A stretch of DNA of 63,968 bases, counting the filler, from Octopus bimaculoides (Eukaryota), in the NCBI RefSeq assembly GCF_001194135.2. It is 5 parts of 5 records of this genome, joined end to end, with 100 filler letters (N's around TTAATTAATTAA, not from the genome) between each part and the next. Parts side by side here need not be neighbours in the genome. Positions count along the whole stretch, not along the records: positions 1 to 23,188 come from NC_069008.1; 4 more parts are not named here. The stretch is one strand, 5' to 3'. A program made the translations under genes and the position numbers. The notes beneath the pieces were generated by a model. The model saw nothing but the letters and a program-made list of their open reading frames with translations, did not search any database and was not told the origin of the DNA. Positions 1-9,859 of this stretch are shown here, piece by piece (within the stretch, counting starts at the first letter, position 1; every line of letters starts with the position of its first letter).

Positions 1-125
1 CTCACAAGGCTTTGGTCGGCCCGAGGCTATAGTAGAAGACACTTGCCCAAGGTTCCACGCAGTGGGACTGAACCCGGAACCAAGTGGTTGGCAAGCAAGC
101 TCTTCACCACACAGCCACTCCTGTT
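1..125 (-). mobile_element. tRNA-derived SINE, family A (5' part; cut by window edge)
   Basis: Reverse complement matches the head of the copy at 7283-7670 (GGAGTGGCTGTGTGGT...GGGTTCAGTCCCACTGCGTGG), with A/B-box-like Pol III motifs. Confidence 0.85.
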
Positions 126-210
126 TTTTTCAAAAGTTGAATATTACAAAATTTTTCTACGTATTTTGCCAAAAAGAATCTTTTAAAGTGGAAATTTAAG
201 AAATTGTGGT

Positions 211-325
211 GCAGGCTCCAATCTGAATTGGCAGAGTTTCTCCAGCTGGATGCCCTTCCTAACACCAACCACTCTGAGAGTGTAGTGGGTGCTTTTATGT
301 GCCACCTGCACGAGGGCCAGTCGGG
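211..325 (-). mobile_element. RTE-type LINE 3' UTR fragment
   Basis: Same sequence as the 3' part of the element at 12598-13140 (gcagagtttctacagctggatgcccttcctaacgccaaccac). Confidence 0.75.
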
Positions 326-737
326 AGGTACTGATTTGTCTTATCCACAAAACCCTTTCGCATCAGTCTACTATTGGAACATCGTTTCTCGTACATATAT
401 TATGATTTTAAATGAACATTTTGTTCAAAATTATGTTTAGCAATATTGAAATACATTTTAACAACTTTTAATTGTTAGGAAAATAGACATTACGATAAAT
501 ATTAATATGGGCCTTATGGATACATTTGAGCCAGATGGCATGCTAGTATACATATGTCTATATCTACACCCAGACTTACATATCCACATACAGATGTTTT
601 CAGACAATCTTTAAAATTACATTGGTATTCCCCAAACCAAGTTGGTGGTGATGTTGGTGTTAGTAGTGATCAACAGGTTTTAACCCTTTTCAAAGTGACC
701 CCTATATTTTACACTGTTTCTCTCTCTTTTATTTCAG

Positions 738-1163
738 AGAATATCACATGACATTGGCATCAAAGCATTGTCTCCATCAGATGACATCATCAATATTCAA
801 CACCTTTTAAAGACTGAAAGAAAATATTGTACAGAAGAGATTTAAGAACTCCAGAGAATTCCAGTGAAATATTTCTTCTCAACTGAGATTGATAGCAACG
901 CTTCTCTTGTGAGATGTTTGGAATGTCTACAAGATTATTTTGTACTGAAGTTAAACTTGGATAGTTTTAAAAGGAATCTGAGTATTTTCAGACATCAAGG
1001 AGGATTCCTGTTGATGGAAAGAGAGCAATAACTTTAATTTGTTAGGAATAAGTTGTAGGACAAGAACAAAAACTGTATCCACATAAGTTGTGTTGATTGA
1101 AGTAAAATAAGGGAGAAAGTGATTATATAAGATAGTTGAAGAATATATTTTTATTCTGAAGAG
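738..1163 (+). other. Putative 5' leader of exon 2 of ZNF gene 1
   Basis: Polypyrimidine tract plus TTTCAG acceptor ending at 737. The ~430-nt segment is conserved upstream of all four ZNF ATGs. Confidence 0.6.
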
Positions 1164-3116
1164 ATGTCACGAAACAAACCACAATCCGCTTTTCAGTGTG
1201 GTATCTGTGAAAAGTCTTTCACTCGGAAATGTAATCTAAATATTCACGAACGTATTCATACAGGGGAGAATGCATTTCGCTGTGATATCTGTGGTAAATG
1301 CCTCTCTCAGGAAACTACCTTAATTGTACACAAGCGTATTCATACGGGGGAGAAACCATTTGAGTGTGATATTTGTGGTAAATCATACTCTCATAGATTT
1401 AGCTTAACTTTACACAAACATATTCATATGGGAAAGAAGCCATTTCAGTGTGATATTTGTGGTAAATCATTCTCTTACAAGTATCTCTTAATGGATCATC
1501 GTCGTATTCATACAGGAGAAAAACCATTTCACTGTGGTATTTGTGGTAAATCATTCACCGTAAGCACCATCTTAATTAAACACAAACGTATTCACACAGG
1601 AGAGAAGCCATTTAAGTGTGATATTTGTGGTAAATCCTTCACTCTGGGAACTGCCTTAACAGTACACAAACGTATTCACACAGGAGAGAAGCCATATCAC
1701 TGTGATATTTGTGGCAAATCATTCTCTACAAAAAGTAATTTAACTAAACACAGACGTATCCATACAAGAGAGAAGCCATTTCACTGTGATATCTGTGGTA
1801 AATCATTCTCTAACAATTATGACTTAATTGATCACAAACGTATTCACACAGGAGAGAGACAATTCCACTGTGATGTCTGTGACAAATCATTCTCTTCAAG
1901 AGGTAATTTAACAAGACACAAGCGTATTCATGCAAGAGTGAAGCCATTTCACTGTGATGTTTGTGGTAAATCTTTCTGTCGGAATAGCCATTTAGCTGTT
2001 CACAAACGTATTCATACAGGTGAGAAGCCTTTTCACTGTAATATCTGTGACAAATCATTCTCTACAAAAAGTAATTTAACTAAGCACAAGCATATTCATA
2101 AAAGAGAGAAGCATTTATACTGTGATGTTTGTGATAAATCATTCTCTTACAATTATGACTTGATTGATCACAAACGTACTCATGTGGCGGAAAAGACATT
2201 TCACTGTGATATTTGTGGTGGTTCATTTTCTACAAGTGGTAGTTTAACTACACACAAGCGTATCCACACTGGAGATAAACCATTTCACTGTGATATCTGT
2301 GGTAAATCAATCTCTACAAGCAGTAATTTAGCAAGACACAAGCGTATTCATGCAAGAAAGAAGCCATTTCACTGTGATATCTGTGGTAAATCATTCACAG
2401 ATGCAGGGCATTTAACTTCACACAAACAAATTCATACAGGAGAAAAACCATTTCGCTGTAATATCTGTGGTAAATCATTCTCTCGCAATAACGGCTTAAT
2501 TAATCACAAACGTATTCATACAGAGAAAAAGCCATTTAACTGTGATATCTGTGATAAATCATTCTCTAAAAGCAGTAATTTAATTATACACAATCGTATT
2601 CATACAGGAGAGAAACCATTTCATTGTGGTATCTGTGGGAGATCATTCACAGAAGCAGGGAATTTAACTTCGCACAAGCGTATTCATACAGGAGAAAAGC
2701 GATTTCACTGTGATGTCTGTGGTAAATCATTCTCTCACAGTTATAGCTTAATTGTTCACAGACGTATTCATACAGGGGAAAAACCATTTAACTGTGATAT
2801 TTGTGGTAGTGCATACTCTAAAAGTAGTAGTTTAACTACACACAAGCGCATTCATACAGGAGAGAAACCATTTCGGTGTCATATCTGTGGTAAATCATTC
2901 TCTTACAGTAATGGCTTAATTGTTCACAAACGTATTCATACCGGGGAAATGCCATTTAAGTGTGGTATCTGTGGCAAATCATTCTGTACAAGCAGTAATT
3001 TAACTGCACACAAACGCGTTCATACAGGAGAGAAGCCATTTCAGTGTGATGTGTGCAGTAAATCATTCTCTGCAAGAGGTAATTTAACTGTACACAAACG
3101 TATCCATACACCATAG
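1164..3116 (+). CDS. Tandem C2H2 zinc-finger protein (ZNF gene 1), 650 aa, 23 fingers; a 24th in-frame finger follows the TAG (3117-3203)
   Basis: 28-aa repeats C-x2-C-x12-H-x3-H with TGEKPF linkers; 10-aa N-terminus with no effector domain. Confidence 0.95.
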   Translation: MSRNKPQSAFQCGICEKSFTRKCNLNIHERIHTGENAFRCDICGKCLSQETTLIVHKRIHTGEKPFECDICGKSYSHRFSLTLHKHIHMGKKPFQCDICGKSFSYKYLLMDHRRIHTGEKPFHCGICGKSFTVSTILIKHKRIHTGEKPFKCDICGKSFTLGTALTVHKRIHTGEKPYHCDICGKSFSTKSNLTKHRRIHTREKPFHCDICGKSFSNNYDLIDHKRIHTGERQFHCDVCDKSFSSRGNLTRHKRIHARVKPFHCDVCGKSFCRNSHLAVHKRIHTGEKPFHCNICDKSFSTKSNLTKHKHIHKREKHLYCDVCDKSFSYNYDLIDHKRTHVAEKTFHCDICGGSFSTSGSLTTHKRIHTGDKPFHCDICGKSISTSSNLARHKRIHARKKPFHCDICGKSFTDAGHLTSHKQIHTGEKPFRCNICGKSFSRNNGLINHKRIHTEKKPFNCDICDKSFSKSSNLIIHNRIHTGEKPFHCGICGRSFTEAGNLTSHKRIHTGEKRFHCDVCGKSFSHSYSLIVHRRIHTGEKPFNCDICGSAYSKSSSLTTHKRIHTGEKPFRCHICGKSFSYSNGLIVHKRIHTGEMPFKCGICGKSFCTSSNLTAHKRVHTGEKPFQCDVCSKSFSARGNLTVHKRIHTP

Positions 3117-3979
3117 AAGCCAATTCACTGTGATGTTTGTGGTAAATCATTCTTTCAAAACTCTAACTTAACTAAACATATATCTAGTCATACAAAAGTG
3201 TGACTATGCTATTTTCAAAATTCATTGCACCTCTTTACAACGAACTATACTAACCTCTCTTAGCTTTGTCTCCACTGTTTCATTCCGACACTACACTTCA
3301 CCTTCCCAACTTTTTCTACTAACACCATTACCCTGTTGTCTCTCTCTACTTGACCACAACCATGTTGCCTGAGATACACCAATACAGTATCAGAAATCTT
3401 ATTCTCTTTAGACATTGTTTCATAGTTGAAGTGATACATGGCTGCCATTTCTTGCAGGTTGTTCCTTCATTATCTGTTGATTTGTGCTCAGTGCAGGATT
3501 AATCAATAAGCGAAATAATTGTGTGCTTGGGGCATCAAAGGAATGGGACGCAAAAACACACCCACGCTCTCTCACTGGACAATGGTGGCAACTCTTTGAA
3601 AAAAAAACAACTTTCTTCCAAACAATGCCCCACCTTAAATAGCCAGCTGGTTTTGCCATTTTGAAAGGCCAAGAATAAACTTGTCATTGAACGAACTGAC
3701 CAGCTGTAAACACAATTTTCAGATACACACACACCAACACAAAAACACTCACACTCTCTCTCACTTTTCCCCCTCTTTCACTATCCTATATATCTCTCTC
3801 TCCGCCCCTACTCATTAATACTATACACATTTTAATACTATAAAAAGAGACAAATCATTCTGAAGTGAAATCATACCTGAAGAATCTACAAAATACAAGT
3901 GCTAATATTTATAAAATGTGATGTATTAATAAAAATCTGTAAATGTACAACCATCCAGATATCTGAGTACCTTGTTGTT

Positions 3980-4017
<38 letters not shown>

Positions 4018-4499
4018 CAGTGTACATTTAAACACATAAGTGATATTTATATGAATAATATATAGTTTTTGGACTAAATGTTTACACAGTAAGCCACAGG
4101 TAGTATAAAGTACTAATATTCCCATTTACCTTTGATATTATTAAATAAATATATATGTATATACACACACACACACATATTTGTCTGAAATCATGCAGTA
4201 TGAGGGAAATAGTAGTATAAGTGAAGGAAAAGTAGTGAGAGTAATAGCCATGACTAAGAGGGAGTGAGAAAGTAATAGCAATGAGGGAGAGGAAGTGGTA
4301 AAGAGAGAGTCCTGTATATGTGTGTAACTACATGATGACAAAGATATCTTTGTCATCATGTATTTATGTACAAACACACACATAAATATTGGAAGGAAGG
4401 AAATACAACAAAGTTAACAATCAAATATATAGTTATTATTCCAACATAAGACCTTGGGAAAGGTTCTTGAAATATACATTAACAGGATCATCATAGAAA

Positions 4500-5116
4500 A
4501 GCTTTGAGTGATAAGTCTCTAAATCTCTGTCCATTTGCAGGATCCTTAACCCTTTAGCATTTAAACCGGTCATATCCGGCCAAAAGTATTCTGCCTATTC
4601 TATGTTCAAACTGACCAGATCTAGTCTTTCACACCAACCCTACAATACCATTTTAAAAATTAACAGCTACCTCATCAAAATCTCATAGCTACAAGATAAT
4701 GCATGATTAGTTCAAAACAATGTGGATAAAAAAGCATTAATTATGGCAGAATAATATGAACACTAAAGGGTTAAGCTTCCTTCTTTTCCATGCTGGTCGT
4801 CTTCTGGGCATCATGTAGCCCTGATCCTGAAGTCGCTAATCTATATTGCAAAGTGCATTCTTCACCTGGGAAGGTTTTGGCAATCATCAGTAGCCATCTT
4901 TCTCGTTTCCTGACGAGGATGTAATCAATTTGACTAGTGTGTCCACCAGAACCGTAGGTGACTGGCAGGTTTCCTGAAGTTTTTATTACAAACCATTACT
5001 TCATTCGCATTTCAGAACTCCAGCAGCCTGGTTCCCTCCACATTGCAGGAACCAAAACCACAGTCACCATGTATGCCATGGAAACCCCTGGCATGTTGTC
5101 CAACATGCCCATTTGA
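4500..5116 (-). mobile_element. RTE-type LINE, AP-endonuclease region fragment, interrupted by a MITE
   Basis: Minus-strand translation gives NGHVGQH...GFGSCNVEGTRLLEF...SQIDYILVRKR...AWKRR..KL/KDPANGQR, with stops and frameshifts. Confidence 0.75.
4550..4770. mobile_element. piggyBac-type MITE (221 bp) with TTAA target-site duplication
   Basis: TTAA (4546-4549) CCCTTTAG ... CTAAAGGG TTAA (4771-4774). Removing it rejoins the RTE frame (aagcttaaggatcct). Confidence 0.8.
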
Positions 5117-5401
5117 AACGCAAAGCGTAAAAATGGAAATAGAAATTGTTTCAAGAAAACATTGAATTTGGATTATTTTTATTTTTTACAGTTATAGATA
5201 ACAACTCTGAGCCCGAGTCAGGCATGTGTGAACAATGTCGAGAAAATCTACTACGAGTATTTTTTGACACAAGACGCCTCTAAGACAACCACCAGATGCT
5301 GAACGAAAATAAATAAACTGCAGCTGGGTTCAATAAAAGGAGCCTGAGTTAGTGACTTCAATTATACACATGAAGTCAGTTTTTGCAGAAATTAAATCGG
5401 C

Positions 5402-5582
5402 TTCATCATCATCATCATCATCGTCGTTTAACGTCCGCTTTCCATGCTAGCATGGGTTGGACGATTCGACTGAGGACTGGTGAAACCGGATGGCTACACC
5501 AGGCTCCAATCTGATTTGGCAGAGTTTCTACAGCTGGATGCCCTTCCTAACGCCAACCACTCTGAGAGTGTAGTGGGTGCTT
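5402..5582 (-). mobile_element. RTE-type LINE 3' end with (GAT)n tail
   Basis: Near-identical to 12598-12772; (CAT)n on + is the tail. Confidence 0.8.
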
Positions 5583-7151
5583 ATTCACCTTCTTAAATTT
5601 ATATTCAGGCTAAGCCTGAACAGCCCGAGTGCCGGAGTAGCCACTGGTATATATATATATATATATATTTAAGAAAGGAAAATATATAAAAACGCACAGG
5701 CGATTTGTATAATAAAATTTATGTTAATATTAATATAAGGAAACAGAGANNNNNNNNNNNNNNNNNNNNNNNNNNNNNNNNNNNNNNNNNNNNNNNNNNN
5801 NNNNNNNNNNNNNNNNNNNNNNNNNNNNNNNNNNNNNNNNNNNNNNNNNNNNNNNNNNNNNNNNNNNNNNNNNNNNNNNNNNNNNNNNNNNNNNNNNNNN
5901 NNNNNNNAAGCAACGGGAGGGTGGGGAGAGGACTTTGGAAAATTCACAAGATCTGAGTTTTTCCCTTATAACTTTTAGGAAAATGGGGTGTTTTCATTGA
6001 AATGTTATAGAAATACCTTTCAAATGGCATAAAATACAATTATAAAGAAATTTGTGGGGAAAATCTTTTCCAAGGGGGTGGGTAGAGGACTTGGGAAAAT
6101 TCACAAAACCTAAGTTTTTCCATTTGGTCCAATTTAGGAAACAATCATCAAGGTATCTTTTCTATGTGTCCTTTACATGTCTTCTAAAGATCATGCCATA
6201 GTTCTCTTCAATTTTTTTTATATAGGTTTTGTTCCAAGTATCCCAGTACTGAGTTCATGAAAACTGGAGCATATCACGTCCCCATAGCTATGCCTTGAAT
6301 TTGGAGGTAGTTTTTTTCCGTTGAAAAGGAATATATTGTTTTCGATGCTGAGGCTGACTGCGTCTAAGATGAAGGTTACAATAAATCTACAGGGGATCAC
6401 TTCTCTATGTTTCTTGACCCAATGTTTTATGACAGTAATTCACAAATCATGTGGAATGTTCATATATAAGTTTGTTACGTCAAAACTAACAGTGGATTGG
6501 ATTCTGTTGTTTTGGGCAGATGTGTCAGGAAATCGATATGAAACTAGGAATGTAAACTACACTGGTTTTAGGATATTGTCAATGAGGTTGCTCAGACTAT
6601 GTAGAAGACAGGCTGGACCAGCTATAATAGTTTAAGGTCTTTTGGTCATAGTAGTTTTATGTATTCACAACCTTGTTCCTTTATAGCATTTCGTATTTCT
6701 TTTGACTTGTGTATTTTAGGTAAGCCATACAAGTTGCTGGATCTCGACTCAAAATTGGTAATATAGTCCCTTTCGTTAGAAGTGAGGAAGTTACAATGTT
6801 TTAAGACTAAATAATTGAGTTTCTTCTTGATGCTGTGGTCAATACTTGAGGGCATTTCACGGTAGAACGTTCAAATGATCTTCAGCTAGATCCCAGTAAT
6901 ATTCCGTATCCATTATGACAATGACATCCCCTTTATTCACTTCTTTGATGACAAATGTGTTGTCATTTTCAAGACGTATAAAGATAGACATTTCTAGTTT
7001 TGAAATGTTCGGTCTGACGTTGATGTTTCGCCCCAGTGGAAAAAAACTGAGGAGGATATCAATGATGTGTATTTTGTCCTTTTGGTGGGTTAAATTTTGA
7101 TTTATTTTTCTCCAAGGATTCATCATTCTCATTATTTTTATTAGTAAAAAA

Positions 7152-7271
7152 CTACACGGCCATATCATGCTGAGAGCACCGGTTCTCGTCCGATCACCGA
7201 AGTTAAGCAATGTCGAGCCTAGTGAGTACTTAGATGGGTGACCGCTTGGGAAACCTAGGTGCTGTAAGCAT
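7152..7271 (+). rRNA. 5S rRNA copy, probably a pseudogene
   Basis: ~120 nt, ACGGCCATATCATGCTGAGAGCACCGGTTCTCGTCCGATCACCGAAGTTAAGC...AGTACTTAGATGGGTGACCGCTTGGGAA...GTGCTGTAAGCAT, matching metazoan 5S with internal A/C boxes. The first bases are divergent and there is no run of 4 or more T downstream. Confidence 0.85.
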
Positions 7272-7282
7272 CCAATACTTTA

Positions 7283-7670
7283 TAGGCGTAGGAGTGGCTG
7301 TGTGGTAAGTAGCTTGCTTACCAGCCACATGGTCCCGGGTTCAGTCCCACTGCGTGGCATCTTGGGCAAGTGTCTTCTACTATAGCCTTGGACCGACCAA
7401 AGCCTTGTGAGTGGATTTAGTAGACGGAAACTGAAAGAAGTCTGTCGTATATATGTATATATATATGTGTGTGTGTATGTGTTTGTCCCCCCAACATTGC
7501 TTGACAACCGATGCTGGTGTGTTTATGCCCCCGTAACTTAGCGGTTCGGCAAAAGAGACCGATAGAATAAGTACTAGGCTTCCAAAGAATAAGTCCTGGG
7601 GTCGATTTGCTCGACTAAAGGCGGTGCTCCAGCATGGCCACAGTCAAAAGACTGAAACAAGTAAAAGAGG
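7283..7670 (+). mobile_element. tRNA-derived SINE, family A (full length)
   Basis: tRNA-like head (GGAGTGGCTGTGTGG; GGTTCAGTCCC), internal (TA)n(TG)n, short 3' tail. At least five copies in the window. Confidence 0.85.
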
Positions 7671-8068
7671 TAGTTTCCAATCAAAGTCTTAGATATCTTC
7701 CTCCAATTCCTGATGGTTGACTGTAGGCGTAGGTGTGAATTTTAATCCTTTCATCAATAATTGCAATTTCTCACTGTCTATATTTCTTTTTGACACATTA
7801 ATAATTTCCATGTATATCCTATCAGTTGTTTCTTCTTGGACTTCTCCTTTCTCCAATGTTTGCTGTCCTGATTAATTTTTGTCTAATTAGTTTTACTATT
7901 ATTAATATCTTTTCTCTGGTGAACTTTGTATTTTGGTTGAGGTGTTTCATTAGATATGTTTTTACTCATGTTCATAGGTGTGGGCATATTATTTACTTGT
8001 TTAGTTTGTGAAAAGAATCTTTAGTTAAATTACTGTTTTGAGAGAATGACCTACCACAGATATCACAG

Positions 8069-9109
8069 TTAAATGGCTTTTCCCCTTGTATGAATACGCT
8101 TGTGAGTAGTTAAATTACTGCTTGTAGAGAATGATTTACCACAGATATCACACTCAAATGGCTTCTCTCCTGTGTGAATACGTTTGTGAGTAGTTAAGTT
8201 GCTAAATATGGAGAATGATCTCCCACAGATATCACAGTGAAATGGATTCTCTCCTGTATGAATACGCTTGTGAGTAGTTAAGCTACTGCATGCAGAGAAT
8301 GATTTACCACAAATACCACACTCAAATGGCTTCTCTCCTGTGTGAATACGTTTGTGAGTAGTTAAGCCGCTATTTACGGAGAATGATTTCCCACAGATAT
8401 CACAGTGAAATGGTTTTTCTCCTGTATGAATACGATGATGCTTAATGAAGAGACAATTAAAAGAGAATGATTTACCACAAATACCACAGTTAAATGGCCT
8501 CTCTCCTGTGTGAATACGTTTGTGTATTGTTAAATAGCTACTTTCAGAGAATGAATTACCACAAACATCACAATGAAATGGCTTCTCCCCTGTATGAATG
8601 CGCTTGTGTACTGTTAAGGCATGTAGCTGAGAGAATGATTTACCACAGATATCACAGTGAAATGGCTTCTCCCCTGTATGAATACATTTGTGTACTCTTA
8701 AGGCATTTCCCTGAGAGAATGATTTACCACAGATATCACAGTGAAATGGCTTCTCCCCTGTATGAATACGTTTGTGTACAGTGAAGGTAGATCCTTGAGA
8801 GAATGATTTACCACAAATATCACAGCAAAATGGCTTTTCCCCTGTATGAATACGCTTGTGTACAGTTAAGGTGGCTGCCTGAGTGAAAGATTTACCACAG
8901 ATATCACAGTGAAATGGCTTCTCCCCTGTATGAATACGTTTGTGAACAGCTAAATAGCTATTTTGAGGGAATGATCTACCACAAATATCACAGTAAAATG
9001 GCTTCTCTCCTGTATGAATGCGCATGTGAGTGGTTAGATGACATTTCTGAGTGAAAGACTTTTCACAGATATCACAGTGATATGTTGATTGTGGTTTCTT
9101 TTGTGACAT
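8069..9109 (-). CDS. Tandem C2H2 zinc-finger protein (ZNF gene 2), 346 aa, 12 fingers; ends at a +1 frameshift in the last linker
   Basis: 28-aa C2H2 repeats. Linker reads cat aca A ggg gaa aag cca ttt aac tgt; a degenerate 13th finger continues in another frame to ~7993. Confidence 0.9.
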   Translation of the reverse strand: MSQKKPQSTYHCDICEKSFTQKCHLTTHMRIHTGEKPFYCDICGRSFPQNSYLAVHKRIHTGEKPFHCDICGKSFTQAATLTVHKRIHTGEKPFCCDICGKSFSQGSTFTVHKRIHTGEKPFHCDICGKSFSQGNALRVHKCIHTGEKPFHCDICGKSFSQLHALTVHKRIHTGEKPFHCDVCGNSFSESSYLTIHKRIHTGERPFNCGICGKSFSFNCLFIKHHRIHTGEKPFHCDICGKSFSVNSGLTTHKRIHTGEKPFECGICGKSFSACSSLTTHKRIHTGENPFHCDICGRSFSIFSNLTTHKRIHTGEKPFECDICGKSFSTSSNLTTHKRIHTRGKAI

Positions 9110-9640
9110 CTCTTCAGAATAAAAATATATTCTTCAACTATCTTAAATAATCAATTTGTCCATTATCTTACTTCAATCAACACAACATATGTGGATACAG
9201 TTTTTGTTCTTGTCCTACAGATTATTCCTAATAAATACTGCTATNNNNNNNNNNNNNNNNNNNNNNNNNNNNNNNNNNNNNNNNNNNNNNNNNNNNNNNN
9301 NNNNNNNNNNNNNNNNNNNNNNNNNNNNNNNNNNNNNNNNNNNNNNNNNNNNNNNNNNNNNNNNNNNNNNNNNNNNNNNNNNNNNNNNNNNNNNNNNNNN
9401 NNNNNNNNNNNNNNNNNNNNNNNNNNNNNNNNNNNNNNNNNNNNNNNNNAGACATTCCAAACATTTCACAAGAGAAATGTTGCTATCAATCTCAGTTGAG
9501 AAGAAATATTTCACTGGAATTCTCTGGAGTTCTTAAATCTCTTCTGTACAATATTTTCTTTCAGTCTTTAAAAGGTGTTGAATATTGATGATGTCATCTG
9601 ATGGAAACAATGCTTTCATGCCAATTACATGTGATATTGT

Positions 9641-9828
9641 CTGAAATAAAAGAGAGAAACAACAGTCTAAGATAGAGAGGACACTTTGAAAAAGAGAGAT
9701 TAAAAACAGTGGATCACTACTAACACCAACATCACCACTGTGTTGCTCTTGAAATACCGACGTGCTTTTAAAGACTGCATCTCTCAAAACGTGCATGTAC
9801 ATATATATGTGTGGTTGTAGGTGTAAAG

Positions 9829-9859
<31 letters not shown>

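Larger units (their letters stand above)
6122..7990 (-). mobile_element. Decayed Penelope-like retroelement (N-terminal region plus RT), split by a 5S+SINE insertion at ~7156-7670
   Basis: Minus-strand motifs in order: LMKGLKFTPTP, KNKSKFNPP, KGDVIVIMD, NLYGLPKIHK, SFDVTNLYMNIP, ENNIFLFNG, KRYLDDCF. Multiple stops and frameshifts. Confidence 0.85.

Noticed and set aside
1810-2058. Antisense ORFs over the ZNF arrays ([17 protein letters not shown] repeats; also 8494-8784, 14491-15330, 19109-19741)
   Set aside because: Shadow frames of the 84-nt finger repeat; no independent coding evidence.
1164-3116. Regular 84-nt repeat-spacer appearance resembling a CRISPR array
   Set aside because: It is the coding repeat of C2H2 fingers in a eukaryotic context; no cas genes.
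3114-3116. Selenocysteine, pyrrolysine or classical leaky-stop explanation for the TAGs
   Set aside because: The codon is UAG rather than UGA, pyrrolysine is not used by animals, and the 3' context AAG does not match known read-through motifs such as UAG-CARYYA.
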